DNA of 33,388 nt from a virus: the IMG/VR virus record IMGVR_UViG_3300045988_068851; one strand, 5' to 3'. This document shows positions 9,942 through 17,930 of this stretch, one piece after another. The number at the start of each line of letters is the position of its first letter. The first letter of the stretch is position 1. The notes under the pieces were generated by a model, which did not search any database, was not told the DNA's origin, and saw nothing but the letters and a program-made list of their open reading frames with translations. The position numbers and the translations under genes were made by a program.

Positions 9942-10286
9942 TCACTCCTCGTCGTAGTAGGTTACATCGAATACCGCCTGATAGCGGTATCGTTTTGTTT
10001 CTGTGTCTGTATAGTTGTAGTCTGACGTGCACGCACAGCGACATATATCGCCCTGTGACACGCTTTCAGACATAGCCTTTTTAACTTTTGCGTTAAGTTC
10101 TGCCGCCCCGTATAGGCTTGCTGAGTAGCTCTGAACGGCTATGGTGGCAGAGGTGATAAAATCATTCTCTGCCGAGCCTAGTTTATCGATAAGCACATAC
10201 TCTTTTGGTGGGTTTTTAGGTTCTTCAAGATAGACTGAAACGTCAAGCTTTGCCCCCAGCCAGTCAAGAATTATCTTCTCTATCAC
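9942..10286 (-). CDS. tail terminator / tail completion protein (by position)
   Basis: 114 aa. GTG start overlaps the upstream stop (GTGA). Lies between the neck genes and the major tail protein. Confidence 0.5.
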   Translation of the reverse strand: MIEKIILDWLGAKLDVSVYLEEPKNPPKEYVLIDKLGSAENDFITSATIAVQSYSASLYGAAELNAKVKKAMSESVSQGDICRCACTSDYNYTDTETKRYRYQAVFDVTYYDEE

Positions 10287-10540
10287 TTGCCAAGCACCGC
10301 CTTTAAAAGTGTGTTATCTCTAAGATTAGCACGCTGAGCCTTCTTTGTCTTAGCCTTGACGATAGCAACCTTACGGCGCATTTTTGGGTATCTTGTCCAT
10401 GTGATAGTATACGCTTTATGCCCCGTGCCAAGACGTTGAACGGCTCTGTCAGCATAGCCCTTGACCATGTTTTCAACAGGTGCAGAGCAGAGAAACGCCG
10501 CAACTGCGTTGTGGTCAAGCTCTATCTTAACTTTACTCAT
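10283..10540 (-). CDS. neck / tail-completion protein (HK97 gp10-like, by position)
   Basis: 85-aa basic protein, 8-nt overlap with the upstream gene (ATGAGTAA). Function assigned from position in the connector module. Confidence 0.45.
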   Translation of the reverse strand: MSKVKIELDHNAVAAFLCSAPVENMVKGYADRAVQRLGTGHKAYTITWTRYPKMRRKVAIVKAKTKKAQRANLRDNTLLKAVLGK

Positions 10541-10874
10541 AGCGTTCCACCTTTACTTTCTTATTCCAACTGAGCGGCAAATTTTCTTCAATGCCCTCTG
10601 TCGGAAGACCTATGGTGCGGAATTTTCTGCCGAAGAACTCGACTTCTGTGTCTTCCCAAACGTGTGTATCTCCTTTTGGTATTGCAAGAGTGTAAGCTAT
10701 GCGTTTGCCCGATAGGTTAAGCTCGTTTACAACGTCCTCTGCGGATGGCTCGCCCACAAGAACGTTTTCGACAACTTCCTGAGATACCTCATATGTGGGT
10801 CTGTTGAAATCGTCAATGCCTTTCTGCGTTCTTACAGAAAGCTTAACAGGTATGCCTTTGATGCTTAGTCTCAT
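10533..10874 (-). CDS. head closure / head-tail adaptor protein
   Basis: 113 aa, ATGA overlap with the upstream gene. Size and position match SPP1 gp16-type head closure proteins. Confidence 0.55.
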   Translation of the reverse strand: MRLSIKGIPVKLSVRTQKGIDDFNRPTYEVSQEVVENVLVGEPSAEDVVNELNLSGKRIAYTLAIPKGDTHVWEDTEVEFFGRKFRTIGLPTEGIEENLPLSWNKKVKVERYE

Positions 10875-11269
10875 ACGTCATATACCTCCATAGCTCCGTA
10901 TCTCTGTCGCATAACGCCCAGTTCTTTCAGCTCGTTTCTGAGAAAATACAGTTGCTGTCCTGCGTTGAGATATGTCATTGACACCGAGTAGCCCATAGCC
11001 GATTGTGAAGCCTGCGAAGTCGCAGGAGAGCTGTCCGCAATAGAGTCAACAGCTCTCAGCGTGGCACGAACTATGATATCTTTTGCCACAAGCTCTACGT
11101 CAGGTTCATCAGCTATCATAATGTCAAGATCTTTGCCATACTTCTTGCAGGCAGTTGAAAGCTTTGCGCAGGCCACAGGCAGCAGAGCCGCCGCCTTTTC
11201 CTGCTCCTCAGTCGTGAGCTTTCGACCAAGCCTTATAACGTCCTCGATAGTTGCGTACTCTGCCGCCAT
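10871..11269 (-). CDS. head-tail connector (gp6/gp15-like DNA-packaging adaptor)
   Basis: 132 aa immediately after the major capsid gene. Helical N-terminal half (ATIEDVIRLGRKLTTEEQEKAAALL), typical of the phage gp6-like connector family. Confidence 0.6.
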   Translation of the reverse strand: MAAEYATIEDVIRLGRKLTTEEQEKAAALLPVACAKLSTACKKYGKDLDIMIADEPDVELVAKDIIVRATLRAVDSIADSSPATSQASQSAMGYSVSMTYLNAGQQLYFLRNELKELGVMRQRYGAMEVYDV

Positions 11270-11282
11270 TTATGCCGCCCCC

Positions 11283-12182
11283 TTACTTAGCAGCTGACTG
11301 AATGACAGCGAATGCAGACTTATCGAGAATGCCCCAACCGATATATGCTTCGGCTCTGATGTATACCTGATTGTAGCCCTGGAGATCCTGTCCGCTGTTG
11401 TCAGGGTCACCATACTCGATGACTTTAAGCGGAATTTCCTTTGAATAGCCCCACTTGAACGCCGTTGCAAAGTCGCCAACGATCGCAAGATCTTTGCTGG
11501 AGTTGAATGAAACTGTATTGTTTGTCACGGTCTGAATGCCGTTCATCTGTGACGGTGCATTGCCCCACGCAAGTTCAGGATATATCTTTCTGCCGCTTGT
11601 ATCCACCATTTTTGCAAGGTCAGCTCTGAATGACGGCGCCATTGTAAGGCCTGAAATATCATATTCGTTGTCCTGCACTACAGCGATGGCCTCCTCGATA
11701 AGAGCGTCAGGCGTCTTTGGTGACGTGCCGTCCTGCTTTATCACAGTTACGCCGTTGTCGAAGTGGTTTGTACCTATAATCGTAGAAGCCGTCTTGGCTC
11801 TTGGATTAACGCCATGAAAAGCCATGATGTCAAGGGCTCTTGCCACTTTCTTTGCAAAGCCGTCAGAGAAATTTCTCAGAATGTCTATCTGAGCTTCCTC
11901 AGAAGCATAGAGAAATTCGTCTGAAATTCGTGAGCCGTATTCAAGCTTAACAGGAACGATAGTCACAGGTGCAAGCGCAACGCTTCCCCTTGTCTTTTTG
12001 CCATTTTCAGCTACAAGATCGCATTCATCGTCCATTGTGAAAATGTACTCTTTCTGTCCGTTAAATGCGATAGGTGTTCGGTCGCAAAGCGCAGCCAGTG
12101 AGGACTTGCCCTTAACCTTGTCGAAAAGTTCTTTTACAAGAACAGGGTCAAACTTTGCACCCTTTGAGAGAATGTCTGCCAT
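11283..12182 (-). CDS. major capsid protein (HK97 fold, no delta domain)
   Basis: 299 aa following a separate scaffold gene. Sequence resembles Phage_capsid family members (KELFDKVKGKSSLAAL...TMDDE...ENGKK...). Confidence 0.85.
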   Translation of the reverse strand: MADILSKGAKFDPVLVKELFDKVKGKSSLAALCDRTPIAFNGQKEYIFTMDDECDLVAENGKKTRGSVALAPVTIVPVKLEYGSRISDEFLYASEEAQIDILRNFSDGFAKKVARALDIMAFHGVNPRAKTASTIIGTNHFDNGVTVIKQDGTSPKTPDALIEEAIAVVQDNEYDISGLTMAPSFRADLAKMVDTSGRKIYPELAWGNAPSQMNGIQTVTNNTVSFNSSKDLAIVGDFATAFKWGYSKEIPLKVIEYGDPDNSGQDLQGYNQVYIRAEAYIGWGILDKSAFAVIQSAAK

Positions 12183-12202
12183 AAATATTACTTCCTTTCA
12201 AA

Positions 12203-12655
12203 CTAATTTTTCAGACTTGCAAGGAGCGACTTATATGCCGCATTCTTGCCGTCTACGTGATTGTGTTCTGTGTGACCAAGAGGGGCTGTCTGCTTCTTGC
12301 CGATAAACTTTGCAAATGTTTCAGCGTCCTTCTTGATAGCTTCTTCTGTGTCTCCCGAAAGCTTGTTTGCAAGCTCATAAGGGATACCGTTTTCGTGGGC
12401 AATTCTCATTTTTACCGAGCTGGTCTCGTATGCCTTGTTCTTAGCCGTGAGGTCTGCGATAGCGGTATCTTTTTCAGCAAGCTTGCCTGTAAGATCGGTG
12501 ATCTTGCCGTTGAGGTCGGCTGTCTTTGTCTTGAAGTCGTCAGGGGAAATGTAACCCTCAAACTGTTTCTTGACTGTATCCGTGTTGCGGTCGAGCCTTG
12601 CCTTTATCGCATTGTCGAAGGCTTCCTGTGTTGTTATAGCTTCAAATTCTGCCAT
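12203..12655 (-). CDS. capsid scaffolding protein
   Basis: 150 aa, helical and charged (DLNGKITDLTGKLAEKDTAIADLTAKNKAYE). Immediately precedes the capsid gene. Confidence 0.8.
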   Translation of the reverse strand: MAEFEAITTQEAFDNAIKARLDRNTDTVKKQFEGYISPDDFKTKTADLNGKITDLTGKLAEKDTAIADLTAKNKAYETSSVKMRIAHENGIPYELANKLSGDTEEAIKKDAETFAKFIGKKQTAPLGHTEHNHVDGKNAAYKSLLASLKN

Positions 12656-12708
12656 AGTGTTTCCTTTCCCCGCTTTACCCTGCGGTGTAGGTGATATATA
12701 ATAAACTG

Positions 12709-14085
12709 TTACCAGCTTATTTTCTGTACTTTCTTTTTATCCGATGAATTTGCACACGCCCAGTGAGCAAGCACCACTGCCTCAAGCAACGATATGTCAG
12801 CACCATCAAGAATTGAGGTATAGCCAAAACCTCCGCCTGAGCTTATAGCTCTGTGCTCACAGTTGGCAATGACCTGTTCAAGGGACGGCTGATCTGCGTG
12901 ACAAATATTCTGTGCAAATACTCCTCGCTCAAAACCTGCTGACGAAGTGATCACATCAGCGACTTTCGGCAGGATAGGTTTGCGCTTGATACCTGCGTTC
13001 TTCATATCTGCTGCAAGCAAAGACTGTCCGTTCGCTCCGTCAATGACGGTTTCACGCATATGTGGATTGCGCAGATATGCGATTATCCAGCCGTTTCCCT
13101 CTCTTACAGGGCGGCAGTCGATAGCCTCGACAAATATCTTGCCGTCCGCTGTCTTTGCGGCAACAGCAAGGGAAACATTATCCGTGATCTTTGCATACTT
13201 GACACCGAAAAACAGTTCTCTGCTGATATCGGGTTTGCCAGTGATACAAAGTGCCTGCCACTCACCTTTGCTGATAGCCGATTTCTGATTATAGGTCAGC
13301 CACAAACCTAAACGCTGAATGTTATCGTCAACCTGATCATCTTTTGGGTCGCCAAGCTCTGAACGTATCTTACGCTCTGTGAGGATAGTGCCTAAAGACG
13401 GGTTAGTGGCATACCACAGTTCAGGGTCATGTGCGTTCGTGAGTTTTGGCACGGACCATTCAGCCCAGCCGTCATCGCTGCCTTTGCCCGATATCGTCTT
13501 CTGCCGGTATTTTGTGAAAACTGTGCCGGCTGACACCATTGTTGGAGGTGTTCCGCACATCAATGTTTGAGGATTTCGGCTGTCTGTGACGGTATATTTT
13601 AGGGCTGTTTCTTGGTCTGTGGTGTATTCCTGTGCTTCGTCTATGATAAGCAGGTCATAGCCCTCGCCAAGTCCGCCTTTGCTGGAACGTGTACGGAAAT
13701 TGATAAGTCCGTCGCCTTTGAGCCATTGTATACGCTCCAAGCCCATCTGCTTTGTGGTCTTGAAGTCCTCTTTTTCAAGAAAACCCATTTTTGTGATAAG
13801 GTCGATGATCTTCTCCCACGTCAAATGTGACGTTGTTGTCCTGTGGGCGGTATAAAGCACATGTTCACCATTTTGCAGGCCATAGATTGCACGCATGATA
13901 AGCAGCTCTGACTTGCCGTTACGTCTTGGTATCGACCAGCCGAACTTCATGTGTTTCCACAATCCCTCATCGTCCACCGCCATGATGTCATAAAGCATTA
14001 GCTCCTGCCATTCCTGTGCGGTGCGCCCCGATTTGTTGTACATTGTGATAGCCTCATCGCCTTTGGTCTGCTCATATGGCAACAC
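12709..14085 (-). CDS. terL: terminase large subunit
   Basis: Walker A-like IPRRNGKSEL, Walker B LLIIDEAQEY, and a C-terminal RNaseH-like nuclease region. Start uncertain: GTG at 14085 lacks an SD, and a strong SD lies 55 nt upstream (see findings). Confidence 0.9.
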   Translation of the reverse strand: MLPYEQTKGDEAITMYNKSGRTAQEWQELMLYDIMAVDDEGLWKHMKFGWSIPRRNGKSELLIMRAIYGLQNGEHVLYTAHRTTTSHLTWEKIIDLITKMGFLEKEDFKTTKQMGLERIQWLKGDGLINFRTRSSKGGLGEGYDLLIIDEAQEYTTDQETALKYTVTDSRNPQTLMCGTPPTMVSAGTVFTKYRQKTISGKGSDDGWAEWSVPKLTNAHDPELWYATNPSLGTILTERKIRSELGDPKDDQVDDNIQRLGLWLTYNQKSAISKGEWQALCITGKPDISRELFFGVKYAKITDNVSLAVAAKTADGKIFVEAIDCRPVREGNGWIIAYLRNPHMRETVIDGANGQSLLAADMKNAGIKRKPILPKVADVITSSAGFERGVFAQNICHADQPSLEQVIANCEHRAISSGGGFGYTSILDGADISLLEAVVLAHWACANSSDKKKVQKISW

Positions 14086-14156
14086 TACCGATATGGTGGG
14101 GGTCTGCCTGCCGACTTTCTTATCCTCAATAGTGGATTACCTCCTTTTTCGGGTAC

Positions 14157-14181
14157 TAAAAAAAGCACCCGTTAAGGTGCT
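14157..14181 (-). terminator. rho-independent terminator after the 81-aa gene
   Basis: The - strand reads AGCACC-TTAACG-GGTGCT followed by TTTTTTT. Confidence 0.6.
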
Positions 14182-14197
14182 TAGCTTCGATGTTTGA

Positions 14198-14443
14198 TTA
14201 CAGCTCAATGCCTTCAAGCTCTGCTCTTAGCTCCAAATCCAACTTATAATCTGCCATATGAACATACTGTTTATACAACGTTTCATATTCACAAGTCGGT
14301 TTAAAAGGCAATGTGCCTGCCTTATACTTTTTCAGCATTTCAGAGAGACCATTCAATCTTATCTTTAGCTGATAATATTCTGCTTTAAATCTGTCCTTGT
14401 AATCGCCGCTCTCCATAAGTTTTGCTGTGTCTTTAAGCTTCAT
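14198..14443 (-). CDS. conserved small phage protein (pattern of the crAss001_48-related helical family)
   Basis: 81 aa: ...DYKDRFKAEYYQLKIRLNGLSEMLKKY..GTLPFKPTC....LYKQYVHMADYKLDLELRAE. I recognise this as a recurrent phage family. Function unknown. Confidence 0.55.
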   Translation of the reverse strand: MKLKDTAKLMESGDYKDRFKAEYYQLKIRLNGLSEMLKKYKAGTLPFKPTCEYETLYKQYVHMADYKLDLELRAELEGIEL

Positions 14444-14471
14444 AATATCCGTCCTTTCTGATTTTGGGTAT

Positions 14472-14501
14472 AAAAATACCGCCTCGCCGTAGCGGAGCGG
14501 T
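14472..14501 (-). terminator. hairpin plus T-run (possible attenuator/terminator) after the 70-aa gene
   Basis: The - strand reads ACCGCTCCGC-TACG-GCGAGGCGGT followed by ATTTTTA. The stem contains one mismatch and one wobble. There is no obvious promoter before the next gene. Confidence 0.35.
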
Positions 14502-14713
14502 CAAGCATTATTGTTTTTAAAATCTTCTTTAGAAATTTTTAATTCACAAGCACACCTGTCTTTTGCTATTTCTAACGGTATGCCCTCTGGATATGTGAAA
14601 CAATAATTTTTTTCTTCGTCATTTTCATGCCCGACAATAATAACATCATCGCCGCTTTGACGAAGTGCTTCCATTTCAGCATCATAAGAAATGCAATTTT
14701 TACATTGTTTCAT
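14501..14713 (-). CDS. small Cys-containing hypothetical protein, translationally coupled to the gp7-peptidase gene
   Basis: 70 aa with CKNC...C...CAC. Its ATG overlaps the upstream stop (ATGA). Confidence 0.6.
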   Translation of the reverse strand: MKQCKNCISYDAEMEALRQSGDDVIIVGHENDEEKNYCFTYPEGIPLEIAKDRCACELKISKEDFKNNNA

Positions 14714-16257
14714 TTTGTCAATGCCTCCTTTAACATTTGCTCAATATAATCAGGAAATTCTTCTCCGTGGTAATGTGCACAAAAACATTCTGCAAAAAAC
14801 TCGTGACTGTCCGTGCTTGCATACTGCGAAATGCTATAAATATCGCCTGTCTGCTTTGCCTTGCGAAAAGCATCATCAACCATGCTTTTTATTCTCACAC
14901 TTCTTGGATCACCATAATTTTTACAATACAGACCTCTGTTAATTTGTCCGAAATATTGATCTGCAATAATGTGCCCATATTCATGTGCTACTGTTGCTTT
15001 TACCGCATTTGTGCCACTGAATGTACTTGACATACTCCACCGGCTATATTTTATGCCTTCTTCTATTTGAGCAAGGTCTTTCTTTAATTTTCTGACCTGT
15101 GCAGCACTATATTTGCCACTGCTTATTGCTGCTTGATATTCAGGAATAAGCTTGGCAAATTGCTCATTCCTTGTTTTCCAATCGGTAACCATTGCTGGTG
15201 GTTCGTTAAGATATTTAGTGCTTATATCTAAGCCTCCACCATTTGCTCGAGCGTTTGCTTTTTTTAGTGTTGACGAACAATTTATATCTTGTAACTTATC
15301 AACGGGGTATTTTGCAGTTAAGTCAGTTAATGTTTCATTCACCGTATTAAGTGAATTGAGATTTTTGACATTTTTCACGTTAACTTTGTCGGCAAATTTT
15401 AGTGTATATTCCTTGGCATTTTCAATGGTATCAGCAGGAATGAATTTAGCCATACTGCTATTTTCCTTCATTATACCACTTATGCCACGTTTGTCAAGCC
15501 TCACAGGTTGTTTTGAACCGGCTTTCTTCATCTGCTCAAGCTCTTCATCTGAGATGTTCCACCTGTTCTTGCTCCACACGTTTTGTGCATTTCTGCCGTT
15601 GAGGTATGTAACAGTACAGCCGCAGTTATCATGCCTGCGGTAAACGTCTTTGGGGACATCTTCGGGATAGTGATATTTACCTGCAAGCTTTGAACACCAC
15701 TTACAGCAGCCACCATGATCGTTGCGAATGATGTAGCAGTCCAGTCCTGCATCAGAACGAAACTTCACGTTTTTTTGAACATAATCGTTGTAAAAACTCT
15801 CGGTGATGTTCTGCGCCGGAGCTGTCATTCGCCGTATCATCACTTTTTCTGCAATATCCGGTACAGAAGCCGCATTGACTACCGCCTGCACACGCTCGGT
15901 AGGAAAAGCAGCCTGCTGAGGTGTGATGTTTATGCCCGCCGTTTTGTCAAGTGCCTTTTGGCATTCTGCGGCAGCGGAGTTTATAACATCGTAGTTGTCC
16001 TTGAGCACGCCCGTGAGTATGGTATCGGCGATGTTGTAGTACATTTTGCCGTCAGGTAAGGCCGCTACGTTGACGTGTGCACCGATAGCCTGAGAGACTC
16101 TAAACCCGAGCTGTTTTGAAAGCAGGGCGACTTCTTCCATTTTCGCAGTACCACCCTCTATTTTCTTCAAAACAGATTGAATGTACTTATCAGCCTTGCA
16201 CGTCTTTTGAAACTCATCACGGATTTTTTCAAGCAGTTCTGCACCGATATCAGCCAT
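14710..16257 (-). CDS. head morphogenesis protein (SPP1 gp7 / Mu F family) fused to a C-terminal HExxH...EFFAE gluzincin peptidase domain (anthrax lethal-factor/M34-like)
   Basis: The N-terminal half ends with the gp7-type motif GGCCKWCSKLAGKY...RRHDNCGCTV. The C-terminal domain carries HEYGH (nt 14971-14985) and EFFAE (nt 14788-14802). 8-nt overlap with the portal gene. Confidence 0.85.
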   Translation of the reverse strand: MADIGAELLEKIRDEFQKTCKADKYIQSVLKKIEGGTAKMEEVALLSKQLGFRVSQAIGAHVNVAALPDGKMYYNIADTILTGVLKDNYDVINSAAAECQKALDKTAGINITPQQAAFPTERVQAVVNAASVPDIAEKVMIRRMTAPAQNITESFYNDYVQKNVKFRSDAGLDCYIIRNDHGGCCKWCSKLAGKYHYPEDVPKDVYRRHDNCGCTVTYLNGRNAQNVWSKNRWNISDEELEQMKKAGSKQPVRLDKRGISGIMKENSSMAKFIPADTIENAKEYTLKFADKVNVKNVKNLNSLNTVNETLTDLTAKYPVDKLQDINCSSTLKKANARANGGGLDISTKYLNEPPAMVTDWKTRNEQFAKLIPEYQAAISSGKYSAAQVRKLKKDLAQIEEGIKYSRWSMSSTFSGTNAVKATVAHEYGHIIADQYFGQINRGLYCKNYGDPRSVRIKSMVDDAFRKAKQTGDIYSISQYASTDSHEFFAECFCAHYHGEEFPDYIEQMLKEALTK

Positions 16258-17482
16258 TGTTTTCGCCCTCTATGCCCGTGAGCTGACGGATGCCCTTTGC
16301 GCCTAGATAGTCAGGAACAGCCTGATTTATTTTCAAAATAGCGTCGCCCACACCCGAGAGTGCGGCAGAGTCAGGTTCAAAAATGGGAAGCCACTGCGGT
16401 CTGATGTCACTGAAAGCATAGCGCATATAGGCTGTGTTATCACGAACGCAGGCGGCGAGATAAGCCACGTTAAGGAAACCACTGCCAAACGTTCTCTGAG
16501 CCTTGCGTGCGGTAAGCCTAAGATTTTCGTGTGCCGCTCTGATTGCTTCACAGCTGGCAGGATTGGATGTCGCAAAGCCCAAGTCATCAAGGGTCAGCCC
16601 TGTTTCTCCGGCAAACAGCGAAGCTATAGATTTAAGCTGTTCAGAGTATGGCGACATGGACTGCTGCTGAAACTGTCCGACAGTAGGATTGCCGCCGTCA
16701 TCATCTTTGGTGATAGTCAGCAGTGAGGACATTGTTGCACCCCATTTGTCCATTTTCTCGGCATCATCCGAAAGACCAAGTATATATTTTTGTGGGAAAC
16801 TGTAAAACTCGGCTGATACTTCCGACCGCCTGAGTGTTCTCATAGCCTCCTGCACAAGCTCCATGCACGCCCTTGATATCCTGCTGTGACCGAAAGGGCG
16901 AACGGCGTCAGGGCGGTATATGATAGGCACAAGCAGAGGGTAAGGCGCAGGATTGTCATAGATCTCAACATCATAGCCTCTGCGATATATCTCTGTCTGT
17001 TCGGCTGTGAAGTAGGCTTCGATAGTGGGGTTGAAATCGCTATCCCTGTCAAGCACTGCATAGCCCTCACGGAGCATATTCGTGATAGGGTCGATAATGC
17101 CAGTAGCATTACTGCCGTCAATGACCTGTAAGCGTGGATAGCCTGTTTCATCAGCCGAGATATACACAAAACAACAAGAGGACACCAACGCTGAGAGAAT
17201 AGCAGAATCAAAAAACACGTCACGATTATTGTTGTCAAATATCTCGTTGACGTAAAAACTGTTGTCCTCGAAGCTGTCAAATACTATTCTGTCCGCAAGG
17301 GTATCAACAGCCTTTGCACACCAGCCTAGCACAGGACGCATCCAGTTATAGCTTGGTGGTATCATTTTGCCCATGTCAGTAAGGCCGTTCTTCATGTGAT
17401 AGTAGTTATAGCGCACATTGACCCTTGAAGCCTTTGAAGAAAGCTTCTTTTTCAAATATGCCATGCCTTTGTATTCGCTCAT
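16250..17482 (-). CDS. portal protein (SPP1 gp6-like)
   Basis: 410 aa with N-terminal RVNVRYNYYHMKN and central FPQKYILG motifs typical of Gp6-type portals. Followed by a gp7-like gene. Confidence 0.88.
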   Translation of the reverse strand: MSEYKGMAYLKKKLSSKASRVNVRYNYYHMKNGLTDMGKMIPPSYNWMRPVLGWCAKAVDTLADRIVFDSFEDNSFYVNEIFDNNNRDVFFDSAILSALVSSCCFVYISADETGYPRLQVIDGSNATGIIDPITNMLREGYAVLDRDSDFNPTIEAYFTAEQTEIYRRGYDVEIYDNPAPYPLLVPIIYRPDAVRPFGHSRISRACMELVQEAMRTLRRSEVSAEFYSFPQKYILGLSDDAEKMDKWGATMSSLLTITKDDDGGNPTVGQFQQQSMSPYSEQLKSIASLFAGETGLTLDDLGFATSNPASCEAIRAAHENLRLTARKAQRTFGSGFLNVAYLAACVRDNTAYMRYAFSDIRPQWLPIFEPDSAALSGVGDAILKINQAVPDYLGAKGIRQLTGIEGENNG

Positions 17483-17558
17483 CTTGTATATCCTTTCCAG
17501 TTATTTCAATCCTGCGAGAAATATAAGCAGTGCGGCGGTGAAGGTCTTTTTTGACCTC

Positions 17559-17577
17559 AAAAGGGGGCATACCCCCC
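17559..17577 (-). terminator. G/C hairpin plus TTTT downstream of HNH (terminator or part of a packaging site)
   Basis: The - strand reads GGGGGG-TATG-CCCCC-TTTT, followed by a second small hairpin GAGGTC-AAAAAA-GACCTT (17541-17558). Confidence 0.45.
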
Positions 17578-17594
17578 ATATTGTCAATAATTTG

Positions 17595-17930
17595 TTAAAA
17601 ATTCTTCCAATCGTAGCATTGTGGTAAAATTCGGTTGGAAATCAGGTCGAGAGACTGATCAAACACCTGTTTTTCCACCAATTTGTCAGATTTCTGGCGA
17701 TTACAACACCAATGTGCCAACTGCAAGTTTGAAATGTCCGAAGGATGACCGCCTTTGGCAATGGGTATGATATGATCTATGCAAGCTGACAGTGGGTGCG
17801 GATATTTCAATGAAAAATCAACAGGCTTACCACAGATACCGCAAACTGTTTGGGTAGCGTATATCTTCTTCTTGTTGATGCGGAACTGCTGTTGGTGTGA
17901 ACCGCTTCGGTCTGGTCTTGGTATTGGCAT
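17595..17930 (-). CDS. HNH endonuclease (packaging-associated type)
   Basis: CGICGKP...IDHIIPIAKGGHP...NLQLAHWCCNRQKSDK is a complete HNH/ββα-Me motif with Cys pairs. SD GAAGGTGA. Confidence 0.9.
   Translation of the reverse strand: MPIPRPDRSGSHQQQFRINKKKIYATQTVCGICGKPVDFSLKYPHPLSACIDHIIPIAKGGHPSDISNLQLAHWCCNRQKSDKLVEKQVFDQSLDLISNRILPQCYDWKNF

Noticed and set aside
12921-12945. CGCTCAAAACCTGC inside TerL, resembling the 16-nt repeat of the non-coding region
   Set aside because: The match is partial and gapped, and it lies inside a coding region. This is within chance expectation.
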